64,000 nucleotides of DNA from Lepidodermella squamata (taxonomy: Eukaryota > Animalia > Gastrotricha): assembly GCA_047495785.1 (NCBI GenBank), contig JBLDXI010000001.1:4402001-4466000 (forward strand), read 5' to 3'. Position 1 is the first letter of the stretch; each line of letters starts with the position of its first letter. The translations under genes were made by a program, and so were the position numbers. Positions 12,201 through 23,600 of this stretch are shown in pieces. The notes beneath the pieces were generated by a model. It had not been told where the DNA came from and ran no database searches. It saw only the letters and a list, made by a program, of their open reading frames with translations.

Positions 12201-15200
12201 TCTAACATCGAAAAAGCTAAAATTGCGAAAAATGAGAAAAAAATGCTCAAAAATGTGGAACGCTGAGGAACCTCAATTCAATTTTTTAATTTTTCAATTT
12301 TGAAAATGGGATTTTAGAATTAATAGAAAATTATTAACCCATTTAAAAAAAATAAAATTTTTTGTTGCTTTCAAATATTTAGCAAATCAGAATAGCTCTT
12401 AGCGAGACCAAATGCATACAGAATTTCGCACTGAATTTGAAAATGATTTATTTTTAATAATGCTGATCAATCATGATATGGTTGAAACTTTCGAAAAATG
12501 GTTTTGGGCCTATTGAAAATTCCAAAATGAGGTTCCAATAATTTTTAGAATATCGAATTCAAGGAATTATTCCAACTCACTTTCTTCCATGCGCCATGCC
12601 GAAAATTTCTTGCCAATTTCCGACAAGCCTCGTTTTATTATCGGCCCAGAGTGTTCGTGCTGGTGGACGTGTTTCAAATGCAGAGTTTCTACAACTCGAT
12701 CCCGTAAATCAGCCTCTAGCAGCTTCGTTTCAACCAAATTATCCGCAACTAGGGTGACTAATTGCGCGAAATTCTGAACATCTGCATCGAGTAGAATCGC
12801 GCCGTGCGATAAATGGTGGCGCAGTTCGAAGATGGAGTGCAGGGATAGCGCGGCGACGAACGGTTTCGACCACCGGTCGCCGCCGATTTCAACGTCCTCC
12901 TCGAAGCGCACCCATCGCGCCGATTCGTACCACGCGCCGTCGACGAGTTCTTCGAGCTCGCAAAACAACTGGCGCGATTCGACGGTGTTCGGGCTCTCGG
13001 CAAATAGCAGCTCAATCAGCCGCTCGGCATTGGCATCCTCTAGATAAAAGCAAGGCAAAAATCATATTCAAAATTCATGAAACATCGATTTTTATTCAAA
13101 TTTAATTGAATTTCAATTTCAAAAAATCTTTCTTTGAATTGAATATGAATAAAATCGATTAAATATTGGGCTAAATAAATTCAATTCAGAATTAATTTTC
13201 GATATTTACCGAAACTTCGTGGCATCAAATATGTCCAGTTCTTAGCGCTTTTCGGCTTTTTAATCTTTCCTTAGGTTATTTCATTTTAGCCATTTTCATT
13301 TGATCCTACTTTCGCCATGATTAAAATGGGTAATTTTTTGTTTCCGAGCGGCACGTACTTCAGTAGCGATATATTTTCCTCAATATGAACCCTGGTTAAT
13401 TAATCCAATCAGCTTGGAAGTGTCAAATTATCGAACTTGGTTATATTAAAGCAACGGGCCTGGGAACGGCAAGGAAATTAACGAGATGAAAAACGATAAT
13501 TGTCCTCAATTAAGACAACCTTAGCAGCGAAAAAATCAAGAATTTACCATTATCCCCTTATCATTTCATGAATACTGAGAAATTTCAATCAATTACTAAT
13601 CAAATTTACGAAAATTTCTGACAGCATTGACAACACGACTTTATTCTGATTGATCAAAGTTGCCCAAAAATTAGAATTCTTCAATTATATAGAATTTGGT
13701 GCCCAGTTTCGATATACGAGTCCTGAAATAGATTTTCTGAAAAATTTGAAAATAATTCAACAGCAATGTTCACAAAAAAACTAAACAATAACTAACTAAT
13801 TTTTTCAATTAAATTTTGCGAATTTTGTGAATTGAATTTTGAGGTTCATCTATCCAAGTTGGAACTTACGGTTTGGTGCTGTAACCGCGTCGCTTGAAGC
13901 GGCCGGTTGCGCTTGATCTGCATTCGCTGAATCCATTCTTCGCTGTTGTTTAGCCTGACCGGCATGAACAGGCGCGTCGCCAATGCGGTGAGCTAAAATA
14001 TCGAAATCAGCATAAACAAAAACCTAGAGAGAACTTTCTAATACAATTTTTTTCGCAAATTAGATGCACATGAAATTTGAGCTGTGCTAATGGCGAATCA
14101 AATGCTGCTACGATCGCCTTACTTTGCTTCCTCGGTCCGCATTTTTGTCCTATTAGTGAAAAAATGCTGAGACAGGCGGCGGGAGGTTTCGCATTAAAAT
14201 GACACAAGGCAGAACAAAAATCGATAATCCTGCACCTAGGCGCGCCGGCAAAGTATTACTGAGCTTTGCTAAAATATCAAATTGCCCACGTGAGTGAGCA
14301 ACAACATATAACACAATGAGACATATAAATGTATTGAAATCATACAAGGAAAAAATGGCAGAAATTTTCGATAGATTTCACGTGATATCGGTCGGCATAA
14401 ATATTATGATAACAATCATCGAAAAGCGGGAAAACACTTAACAGTAGAACTTATGGCTTCTGAAAAACTTTAGGGATCAGAAAAGCTGAAAGCTGAATGC
14501 TGAATCGAAAAATCCAGAGAATTGAACAGTACAAAATTTCTTAGTTTTTATTATTTCGAGAAACTCGGAGAAAAATTCCAATTCAGCAAAAAATAGCCGC
14601 GTAGGTTTATAGCGAAAAAAATATGTTAATAAGCCATCGATTGACCGCGAACTAAGGTAGACTCACTCGACCTGGAGTATGGAAACGAAGAAAATACGCA
14701 TAAAAACGCATTCCAATACAAAACTCTCTTCGCTGAGTTTTCATATGCGGCGCCGCGCGTAATTGCCGCCAGAGAAACGAGCTAGCTGAGAAACTTGAAT
14801 AAAAAAGCGGGGCGGCGTATGAAGCGTGAAATTCGACGCGTACACCATAAGAAGAACCCGAGAGAGATTTCTGAGTGGCACGACTTCGCCCCTTTATTAC
14901 TACCATATCGAAAAACTGACTGAAAAAACACAAACACACACATACAAAATCAGGAGGAAATTTTCACCAGGGATGTGCTTGTGACATGTAATAAATGCGC
15001 GCATCAAAATTTATTGGAGCGTGATAAAATTTGAGCAAAATTTATTGCGCATTTAATGAAAACTCACATTTAATTTCGTCCTGGTCGTCTGAGGCTGATT
15101 TCGACTGATACTGCTTGTGATCTACGATTGGGGAGCCGCCAACTCGAGTCGAAAGTCCTCCATCTTCCTCGTTAGCCGGGCCGCCGATGAAAAACGACGC

Positions 15201-15203
15201 CAT
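3228..15203 (-). CDS. SLC4 family Na+-coupled bicarbonate transporter (NDCBE/NBCn/NDAE1-like), copy A, 8 exons, ~1134 aa
   Basis: Exons 15203-15068, 13992-13870, 13039-12581, 12014-10444, 5927-5655, 5205-4708, 3924-3793, 3440-3228 join in frame (3405 nt) across GT-AG introns. Motifs: [116 protein letters not shown]. The first two exons and the last are supported by splice signals and frame only. Confidence 0.93.
4230..4500 (+). repeat. Dispersed intronic repeat family, long copy
   Basis: Core 'GAAAACCC.ATGGTAACTG..TCGG.AATTTTCGGTATTTTACCC.GTTGG...TTTTTAATCCCATT...TCTGGCCATGAGATG' recurs at 21318-21580, 36815-36995 and 10285-10378, with partial or inverted copies at ~22800-22870, ~27720-27930, ~35480-35530 and ~38280-38400. 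Confidence 0.8.
6396..6493 (+). promoter_or_regulatory. Core promoter of PAN-like gene 1: E-boxes, TATA box, Inr-like
   Basis: CAGCTG 6396-6401, CACGTG 6419-6424, TATAAAA 6459-6465, TCATT 6489-6493 (~30 nt after TATA), ATG at 6549. Confidence 0.7.
6549..6973 (+). CDS. Small secreted PAN/apple-like Cys-rich protein 1 (122 aa), nested antisense in SLC4-A intron 4
   Basis: Exons 6549-6603 and 6660-6973. Signal MPSYAIVLALMSIAFAQFVAC; mature domain with 6 Cys including C-x3-C-x5-C (CTLKCSKNPLC) and FCSLEQSC; AATAAA at ~7120. Confidence 0.85.
7201..7696. mobile_element. MITE-like non-autonomous DNA element between the two tandem PAN-like genes
   Basis: Inverted termini TTGCAGAGGGGTTTTTTTTATTCGCAACA (7201-7229) and TGTTGCGAATAAAAAAAAACCCCTCAGCAA (7667-7696); internal AAATACAG repeats; no clear TSD. 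Confidence 0.75.
8599..8696 (+). promoter_or_regulatory. Core promoter of PAN-like gene 2
   Basis: CAGCTG 8599-8604, CACGTG 8622-8627, TATAAAA 8662-8668, TCATT 8692-8696; near-identical to the copy 1 promoter. Confidence 0.7.
8755..9443 (+). CDS. Small secreted PAN/apple-like Cys-rich protein 2 (128 aa), nested antisense in SLC4-A intron 4
   Basis: Exons 8755-8809 and 9112-9443. Same signal exon as copy 1; CCNMCTKNPLC and FCSLEQSC; extra cysteines and a C-terminal extension. Confidence 0.85.
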
Positions 15204-17343
15204 GAAACGGGACAAAAACGTGAACTAAATTATCTACTCACCGCTGATCTTAACAGTAGATAAATATTTGCGATTAGACTATTTCGACCAAATAGCTAAA
15301 TATGTTTTAATAAAGTGAAAAAGTCGAACAAATGCACTCATATTAATGGACTTTTCTGAGCAGTGTAGATGATGCGCTATAAATAATAATAATACTATAT
15401 TTGTTAGCGCATGCTTGTTTGGCCTATCGTATGCATGCATGTCGCATGAATTGAGCGAGCACGCGATCGATAACATTGCCATCGATTTCATCATCAGCAT
15501 CATTACTTGGCTGCTTTTTTGAGCAATGCACGCATGCATACGCTGAGTGAAATTAGTTTGACTCTCAAGGCAAATAAAAAATAAATATGTATGACGATGA
15601 AAATCAGCTCTCGGCGGTGCCACAAACTGAATAAAAATTGATCTGAACGGCGCAGATTTATTATTTTATGCGACAAAAAATGAAGTAATAATCGCAATTA
15701 AGCGAATGCATTCAACCAGCGACCGAATATGGGCACAAAATTCAATACTGATTTTGCCCCGCAATAGCCATTTCGAGACTCTGAATCGCTGGCCAAGATT
15801 CGGTAAGATGAAGCATTAGAGCGTGTAGCTAAAATTAGCATGATCGTGTACCTAAATACTCAATACGTATAAGTATTGTTACTGATATCGTAGAATCTAT
15901 TTATAACGAGAGCGAGCGTTAGCATTAATACAGGATTTGCGGGAGATCGGCGCGAGTTAATAGTAGCGTTTCAGCATATGAATTTACGATACTCAACTAG
16001 TTAAGTGGTTCAATGTATAGTGGTATTCTAGCAGAAAATGATCGGCGATAAACAAAATTCAAGCGCAATATAAAACTGATCTATCAGTGATCCTTGCCGC
16101 GCGAATATTTTGGCCCGGCTAATCATTAACCTTAAATGATCAATCATTTCAATCCAATCCGTTTGGTGGCTTATATTCTAATTTTCTTCGAAAAGACGCA
16201 TCGGCACTGCAGTTTACTAGCCAATAACATCATGTAGGTTACAATTAGACTGCAGAATAATAAGGCAATCAAGAATATTTGGTGGATTTGGTGAATGAGA
16301 TAACTGAAACTGAGTGACAATCAAAGCATAAAGCGTATATTAAGATGCCGGAATATAAAAAAAGCAAATAAATATCAAGAAAGGTGTGTTGTTCGGGTAC
16401 AGTAACTCTGTCACGCAATATAGGTATTTCACTTCTAAACAACAGTCGATCGGCCATTAGAATAAGATTTCAGCGCTACATGCAGTCATCCTCCGTTCAG
16501 AAGCTGTTCAGTCAAGCAAATCGAGAATTTTGGAATATAAGTTTTGACGATTATTTGTCGCCAGTTAATACTGGATACAATCTCATGTAATGTGAGCACC
16601 CATAAAACATCTGGATTGGTGGATGGATGGATTCATAAACCCAATCGCCAGTCGCCCGACGATATGCTTCGGCTTCAGTTTGATCATTCAGAACCCGAGT
16701 CGCGGCGTGGCGAAGTTTTACACGGGCTGAGATCTTAAATTGATTATCTTAAGGTATGCCGTGCTCACCAGCTTAAAAGTCCCCAATATCGTAAATTAAT
16801 TGCATCCATTACTTTCCTTGCTCAGCATGAGAAAACACATATTATTGGAAGAAAATGCATATAAAAATCGATTTCCATATTACATGGTGACCAACCGGAA
16901 TCCTTTAAAAGCCGGGCGTGGTGATTTTCGACTCTCAGGATTGAATGCGCGACCGATAATCAGGCCAACAATTAGAAGTCCATCCAGCTGATTAGCTGCC
17001 AAGTTTGAGAATGCTGACTACGCCAGTATCGCGAGCGACTCGACATATGAGCATAGGTGTTAAGATTAGTTCGACTTTCAAACTCTTGGCACATCTCCTT
17101 CTCCTTCTGAACGAACTTATCAGATAAAAATCTCTGACCGATGACTGATGAATATGACAACGACATAAATCCATTCCTAAAGACTCTCAGACGGATCGCT
17201 CTTCGACTTGGCGATTTACGAGTTTTTTTCATTCAAAAATTCAAAATTGTACCGCCCAAAAGTTTTTACATGTAATAAATAATATTATGCAATATTGTTT
17301 TAAATCATTTATTAAATGTAAATTGAAGAATTTGAAAAATGCT

Positions 17344-17356
17344 GTCTCTCAGCAAC
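17344..17356 (+). promoter_or_regulatory. RFX X-box-like motif upstream of SPAG17
   Basis: GTCTCT-C-AGCAAC fits GTHNYY-N(0-3)-RRNAAC. It lies ~310 nt before the ATG of a motile-cilia gene, right after an AT-rich tract. Confidence 0.6.
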
Positions 17357-17663
17357 GGGTAATGCTTTTCGAGTCCTTAGCGGTGTCCGCTCAAAGCCTC
17401 TGGTTCCTCGCGATCTGTGACTGATGCGGGACTAGTTCGGAGTCTCATGAAATGCCAGGGATTCAGTGTTTATCCAAGTGGTAGCAAGATATTCTTATTC
17501 TCAGCTTTTGCCTGCTTAATGCGAGAAGGGAAAATGAGAGATTCTGCTTCTGCGAGCGCGAAATTACTCGATCTTCATCATGCTTTCGTTCGAATCCGTT
17601 TATTGCGTTATTCTCGTTCTTCTTTGGATAAATTTCAATTTTTCAGTGGTTAATACTTATAGG

Positions 17664-20600
17664 ATGTCCAAGGGAAAGCCAGCTGGCAAGGCAGCTAAGC
17701 CTGGCCTTAAAGATAATTTACCTTGGGAAACAAGCCTTCAAGTTGAAGAGATCGATGAGGTTAGTTGCTTTCAACGTTTATACATTTTTTGTTTATTCTG
17801 GTGTGTAAAGGATGGGTGGAAAGCCTGTGTTATACTGGCAACGCCAGCTACGTTGGACGACGACTTTTCTGTTCAACTACTTGTTAACGGAATCAAAAGT
17901 GGCAGCCGCAAACTTGTGAAAGCAATCACGCGGGATGAGCTTTTGCTACAGGTTTGGAAGCAGGTTTTTGTACTAGAGCTTTCCCAACGGTCCATTTTCT
18001 TAGATCAAAGATGGTGGCAAAATTGCTGGTAAGAAGATTCAAGGAAGAGAATCCGCATGGATGGGCGCCTACGAAGTCGCGAAAATGTACTTGGATGAAA
18101 ATCAAGAAATACCTCTTGCCATCTGGGCTCGTCTCATCAAAGCAAAGATTCTTACTATCAAAGACGAGGATAAAGCTCGTCGCGATGCCGAGAAAAAGGT
18201 ATTTCACCGCGCTTATTTACTTACATTTACCTACATCGATGACAAACTTTCGCGAGCGTTCAGATGCCGGCACTAATATATAGCTTATCATTTGACGACT
18301 GGCAAGAGGCTTGTATTAATTGTCGAGACGTAGTAACTATGTTTCACTAGTTAATATCACTAAAGTATGCCTGCGACCGTTTTCAAATCATCGTTCAATA
18401 ATTGATATGACATCATCGACAACAAGTTATTGATGGTGGCTTCTTGTTTTAGTTTCTTGAAAGTCGCATTAAAAAACCGGGTGATGCTGCAGCTGGTGGT
18501 CGAAAATCACCGGGTAAAAAAGCCAAAAAGGGAGCGGCCGATAAAGCCGAAGACAGCACTGCACCGAAGGTCGAAACTAAGCTCGTTAAACGTGGCGAGG
18601 AAGAATTTGTCGCGAAATACGCTGATGACGAGCCGGAAGATGGCCCGCAACAATACATTTGCGTCTCGGGATTTCGCGACGCCTATTTACCCGCAGTTTT
18701 AGTCAATGCTGGCGTTCATCCCTGGGCTGTCGTCCGGGTTTCAGCCGAAGACTACGCGGTTTACAACGGGCTGGCACCGCTGAGTGGCGCTCAGCAAGCT
18801 CCGCCCCCGGATGCTGTCGAGGCGTTTGAAAAGCAGAAGCAACTCGCTGCATTTCAGCTAAATGACTACTGGCGTGATGTCGGGCTCGTTCTCAGCCAAC
18901 CGGGCGACGCGTCCGAACTACACAATGTGCCTATCTTGGAATTCACATACAAACGTATTTTTTTACATTAAAAGAAAATGTTGATATATCCTAGGCGTTT
19001 TGTCTGATAGTTGCTCATTTCGGCCCGTTTGCTGAGGTACTAGCATCTGTTACTGCTTCGCCCGAAGAAAAGTTGGCAGCCACTGTGTCATTTTGCGACG
19101 ATTTCAGCACAATGATGTAAGTTTCCTTCTTTAAAGCCGATAGTGTTAAAATTGCTGAATAAAATTTAGGTATGATTTGGTCGATTGGCGGCGTCAATAC
19201 CAAACTTGGCTGGCTCATTGCCGCGTAATTAACGTGCCTCAACTCGCCCCGCCTCCTAGCCTCGACGACCTAGGCCAATCACCAACAACTCAAGCGCCAT
19301 CATCACCGGGAGGAATGGCGCCTGAAACAACCGAAACAGCGCCACCAGTCGACATGCGTTATTACAACACAGTTCTAGACTCAGTTCCAGACGAATTATG
19401 CACAGTCCCTCTTGTTCTGCACTGCATGTTGGAGCAGGTCAGCGCTAGTGTTGAGGGTCGAAGCCCGCCCGATCCTAACCCAGCTAGACCCGACGGGTTG
19501 CCTCAGAGCGTCGTCGAAATTTTCAATAATTTGATCTCAAAATCGTCGTTATCACCTGGAGATATGCAAATGCTGAGGTCTGAGTTGCAGTTAATGCCTC
19601 AGTACGAACAGTCGATAACTGCGAAGCTTCAAACGCCTGAGCTATACGCTTTCGGTGATGAAAGAGCGCTGAGACAGCGCGCTATTTCACAGCAGTCGAG
19701 TACTAATAATCCGAATGATAAGTCGAATTTAGCGCCGTTGAAGCCCCTGGTCAATATTGCCGAGGCCGAACGGGCGATTATGAAATATTCGCCTCTAGCT
19801 CTGGCCATCGCCTCGCTTCCTGAGGCGTCTAGCTGTTCGGCGAGGCGACGCGCGGCCTTGCAAAATATGATCAGCAGCTTGGCGTCTTCAACTGGTCTCA
19901 CTCCATTGGGTAAGAATTTGTGAACTTTTAAGAAATTTCTTAAGAAATTTTGGATTGATTTTTTTCCTATTTTAGAATTGGGCTATGCCCTCAAGTTGTT
20001 GATGTTCGAATCGCTTACCCTGCCTGGCATTGACGATGATGGTTTCATCGCACTTCAACCGCCAGAAACCGTTCTGCCATGGGACGATCCTTATCCTTTC
20101 TTCCGAGGCATGATCACCGAAGACGAATTGGATCAAATCAAGGCTGAATGGAAAGACAGTGAGTCATCAATTTGGCGGCAATAAAAAAGATACCCTGGAC
20201 AATTTAGGAAATTGAAATTCCAAATTCCAAATTTAATTTTTTCATCGCCTTTCATCGCCTTGAGCAAAAAGGATCCCTGTAACTTGAAATTTACAATTTT
20301 AAAATTGAAATTTGAGCCTAATTTCTTTTAAAATTGCCCTTTTCCTTCCTTTATTCCTTCATTTCACGGTATTCTTTGCAGAACTTGCTCAACAACTCGA
20401 GCGTGAACGTGAAGAGGAAAGCCAGAGGCGAGCTTCTGCGTCTCAACAAAGCCAGGCTAAACCCGAAAGCCCGCCACCTGAGGCGAAATCCCCGACGCGA
20501 AAATCGCGAAAAAACTCAGGAAAAGGCGCCAAGGACGAGAAACCATCAAGCCCACAACGAAACTCAAAATCGCCCGGATCAGCCGGGTCGAAGCGCGGCA

Positions 20601-23600
20601 GCCCGAAGAGGCGAGGCGAAGTCACCCCGCCGCCGGAGCCAGTTCGATCCAGCGACTCCGCCCAATCGAAGCAACGCGGCATCATGCTGAGATCCGGTTC
20701 CGGCCTGCGGCGTTCCGCTTTCGTGCACTTTGAACGCGATCAAGCCGGCCGACCGGTTAGGTCAAGGCAGCGATTTGATGACGTAGATGTTCGCCTCGTC
20801 GACCGGCCGCTCGACGAGAGTCTCGCCGATATTCGCCGGGCGCTGAGGCGAAAATTGACCGAGTACTGTTTCGTTGAATTTGTGGCGCCGGATGCGTTGC
20901 TTCAAACGCTGGCTGAATGCTACTACGAAAGGCCTGTTCTCTCGGCGTATCGATGCCGCCAGGATAATTCGCTGTTGTTGGCGTTTTCGAACCCGAGGAA
21001 TCATAAGATGTTCTACTGTGAAGATTGGGCGACTAGGGTGTATACAAATGTTGGCTTCAGGAAGTATTTGCTGTACGTTGCGCCGAATATTGGCGATTGG
21101 CTCGTTCATCAGGAGTCAAGCTATATGGCTAGATTGTTGGCTCAGGACTTGGATGATGAAGTTACGAAGGTTGGTTCTTAATAAATTGAGATATTCTCGC
21201 ATAATACAGCATAATCATAGAAGTTGCGCTACTATTTTTTAATTTGGCAACTTTTTGTCAAATTTTTTTGGCAAATTAAACATATCGAGATAATATGCCA
21301 TCGTTTATTCAGAATTTAACCGAAGAAATGATAAATATATCGGAGAAAACCGGGAAAACCCAAATGGTAAGTGTTTCGGTAATTTTCGGTATTTTACCCG
21401 GTTGGATCTTATTTCTCCGGACTTTTTAATCCCATTATCTAGTCAGATACTTGATTATATTTTCGTGATTTTTATGAATTTTCTAATATTTTTCTGGCCA
21501 TGAGATGTGACTTATTTTAGAGTTTCTGATATCTTTTCTGTGTATTTTCTTTGCCTGATTTACCCATGGGGCACGCTATATATCTGATTGGATTTTTTTC
21601 GAAATTCGAAATGTGGAATTAAATCTTTAAATTTTTTGAAATAATGATGGAGAAAATCAACTAGAATCGTTTGTCGTCCTTCATGAGATAAGAAGTAATC
21701 ATTTTCTTTATTCGAATACTTGATAGACGAATTTATTAAGGGAGAAAAATGTATTCGAGCAATGGGAATTTTTATTGAATTGATTTGCTATTTTGTCGTT
21801 GCTCATTTCCGCGCTAAGGAAATTTTAGTTAAGAAGGGTTGAATTTTCCTGCTAGGAGAAATTGTCCTGAATGACGAAAGATGCCCTAATTTATTTGTTT
21901 AATTGATCTGCCTATAATTAGCACCGGGTCATTTTCCATTTTATGGAGATATTTCCAGCGTGAAGCACAGGTGTAGAAATTACAGCTTAACCTAACCTAA
22001 CCCACCTAACCTAACCCACCATCAGCTCATTCTTTAATTCTTCAGTTTCGGTAGTGGATAATTCAATTAACTCGGTCTTTTTCTCGATAAAATATGGCTA
22101 TTACTGTTAGAATAATAATTTTTCTGGCGGTTGGCGTTGCGCTGAGTTATTGCGCAGCAGTGTTCACACAGTTGCAAGGCGGCTGTACAGGCTATGTAGG
22201 CTCGTTTCAAGTCAAGTCCTACGAAGAATGTTGGACGAGGTGCCAAAGTAAAGGCTGTCAAGGTTTCTCGCTAAAATGGGGGACCTGTACGGCTTTCAAA
22301 AATTGCGGCGCCTCAGTCGTTATTGATAGTGCTAACCCCGGTCCGTTCTATGCGCATTCCTAATTGATTTGAGAAGCATGGGAATTCGACAATCAGCAAG
22401 AATGACTTCAACTAACTTATTCAACTTGATTTTAACCGCTTGATGCTTTTCAAGTCCGCTGCTTATTTTTCGGTGACTAAAGGGTTCATTTTATGGTACA
22501 ATATTTACTTGGACTCGTGAATTATTTTGAAATAAACACGACTATAATAATAGCGTACAGCGTGTTCCCAAAGCTTTGCAACAATTTTCTGATGTTTTGG
22601 AGGAAATTTAACTATTTTTTGAATAAAACCTATGTAAAATCTCCCATAGAATAATTTAAAAAAAACGGGGGGTCGCTTAAGTGAAAACAGAGCAGAAAGT
22701 CTTGGAACAAAACCAATCTCTTGGGCTGAGGCTAATTTAAATGCCATGCATATTCTGATCAAGTATGAAATTAATCATGCGGGATGAAAATCTGAAGAAA
22801 CCATTAAAACCAGGTAAAACCCGAAAACTACCAAATCATTTCCATCGAGTTTTTCTCGGGTTTTCTTCGATGAAATCGTAGAGATGGACGATACGAAAGG
22901 CTCTCTTATCTTTGATTTTATTTGAAGTTTTGGAAATTCGTAGCTCTCGAAGCTAGGCAGGCGAAACTCGGGTGCCTAAAATTACTGGATTCGAAAATCG
23001 CTATCGACCTATCGATTTCGCTGTAAGGAAAAATAATCGAGAATTGAAATCACGAACAGAAAAATCTTGAAACTTGGAAACCTGACTTGAAAAATCTCGC
23101 TTGGAAATTTATAAAATTATATCAAAATGTAATTTAAAGGAGAATTTTCTTAAAATGATCTAATTTTCTTTATTTTGATACAAGTGGTTTTATTAATTTT
23201 TTTTCAAATTTCAGGCTGCCAAGGCCGCTGCCGAATCTGCTAAGCAAAACAAGGACAAACGCCAGCGGTCCACTTCGCCAGCTAAGAAAGGTAAAAAGGG
23301 CAAGGAAGAGCCGTCAGCAGAGGACAAAAACTATGTGCCATTCATCACGGACGAGTTCCAACACCAGCATTCGTTAAAACACCTTAAGGCCGAGGAAGAG
23401 GAGCTGCGAAAGGCCGAAGAGGCGAAACTAGCCGGCGGCAAGAAACACCGATCGAAATCGCCCACAAAACGAACAACATCGCCCTCAGTCGCCGATGGAC
23501 CCGGGTCTCGGGCGACTTCAGCCGAGCGTATCGCTGCGAAGCGAAGCGAATCCGTTCATTCGATGGACGTTGAACGCGAGCCGTACCCATTCACGTGTTA

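Noticed and set aside
16200-17232. Several short minus-strand ORFs head-to-head with SPAG17 (e.g. 16972-17232)
   Set aside because: Stops in all frames, no consistent splice model and no recognisable domain; may be decayed sequence or lncRNA but cannot be supported.
18995-19010. SPAG17 acceptor at 18994 implying an in-frame stop (pseudogene)
   Set aside because: The AG at 19010 restores an open frame through all downstream exons.
21988-22020. True telomere or taxonomic marker (TTAGG)n
   Set aside because: Only ~33 nt, interstitial and degenerate; such tracts are common in non-autonomous elements.
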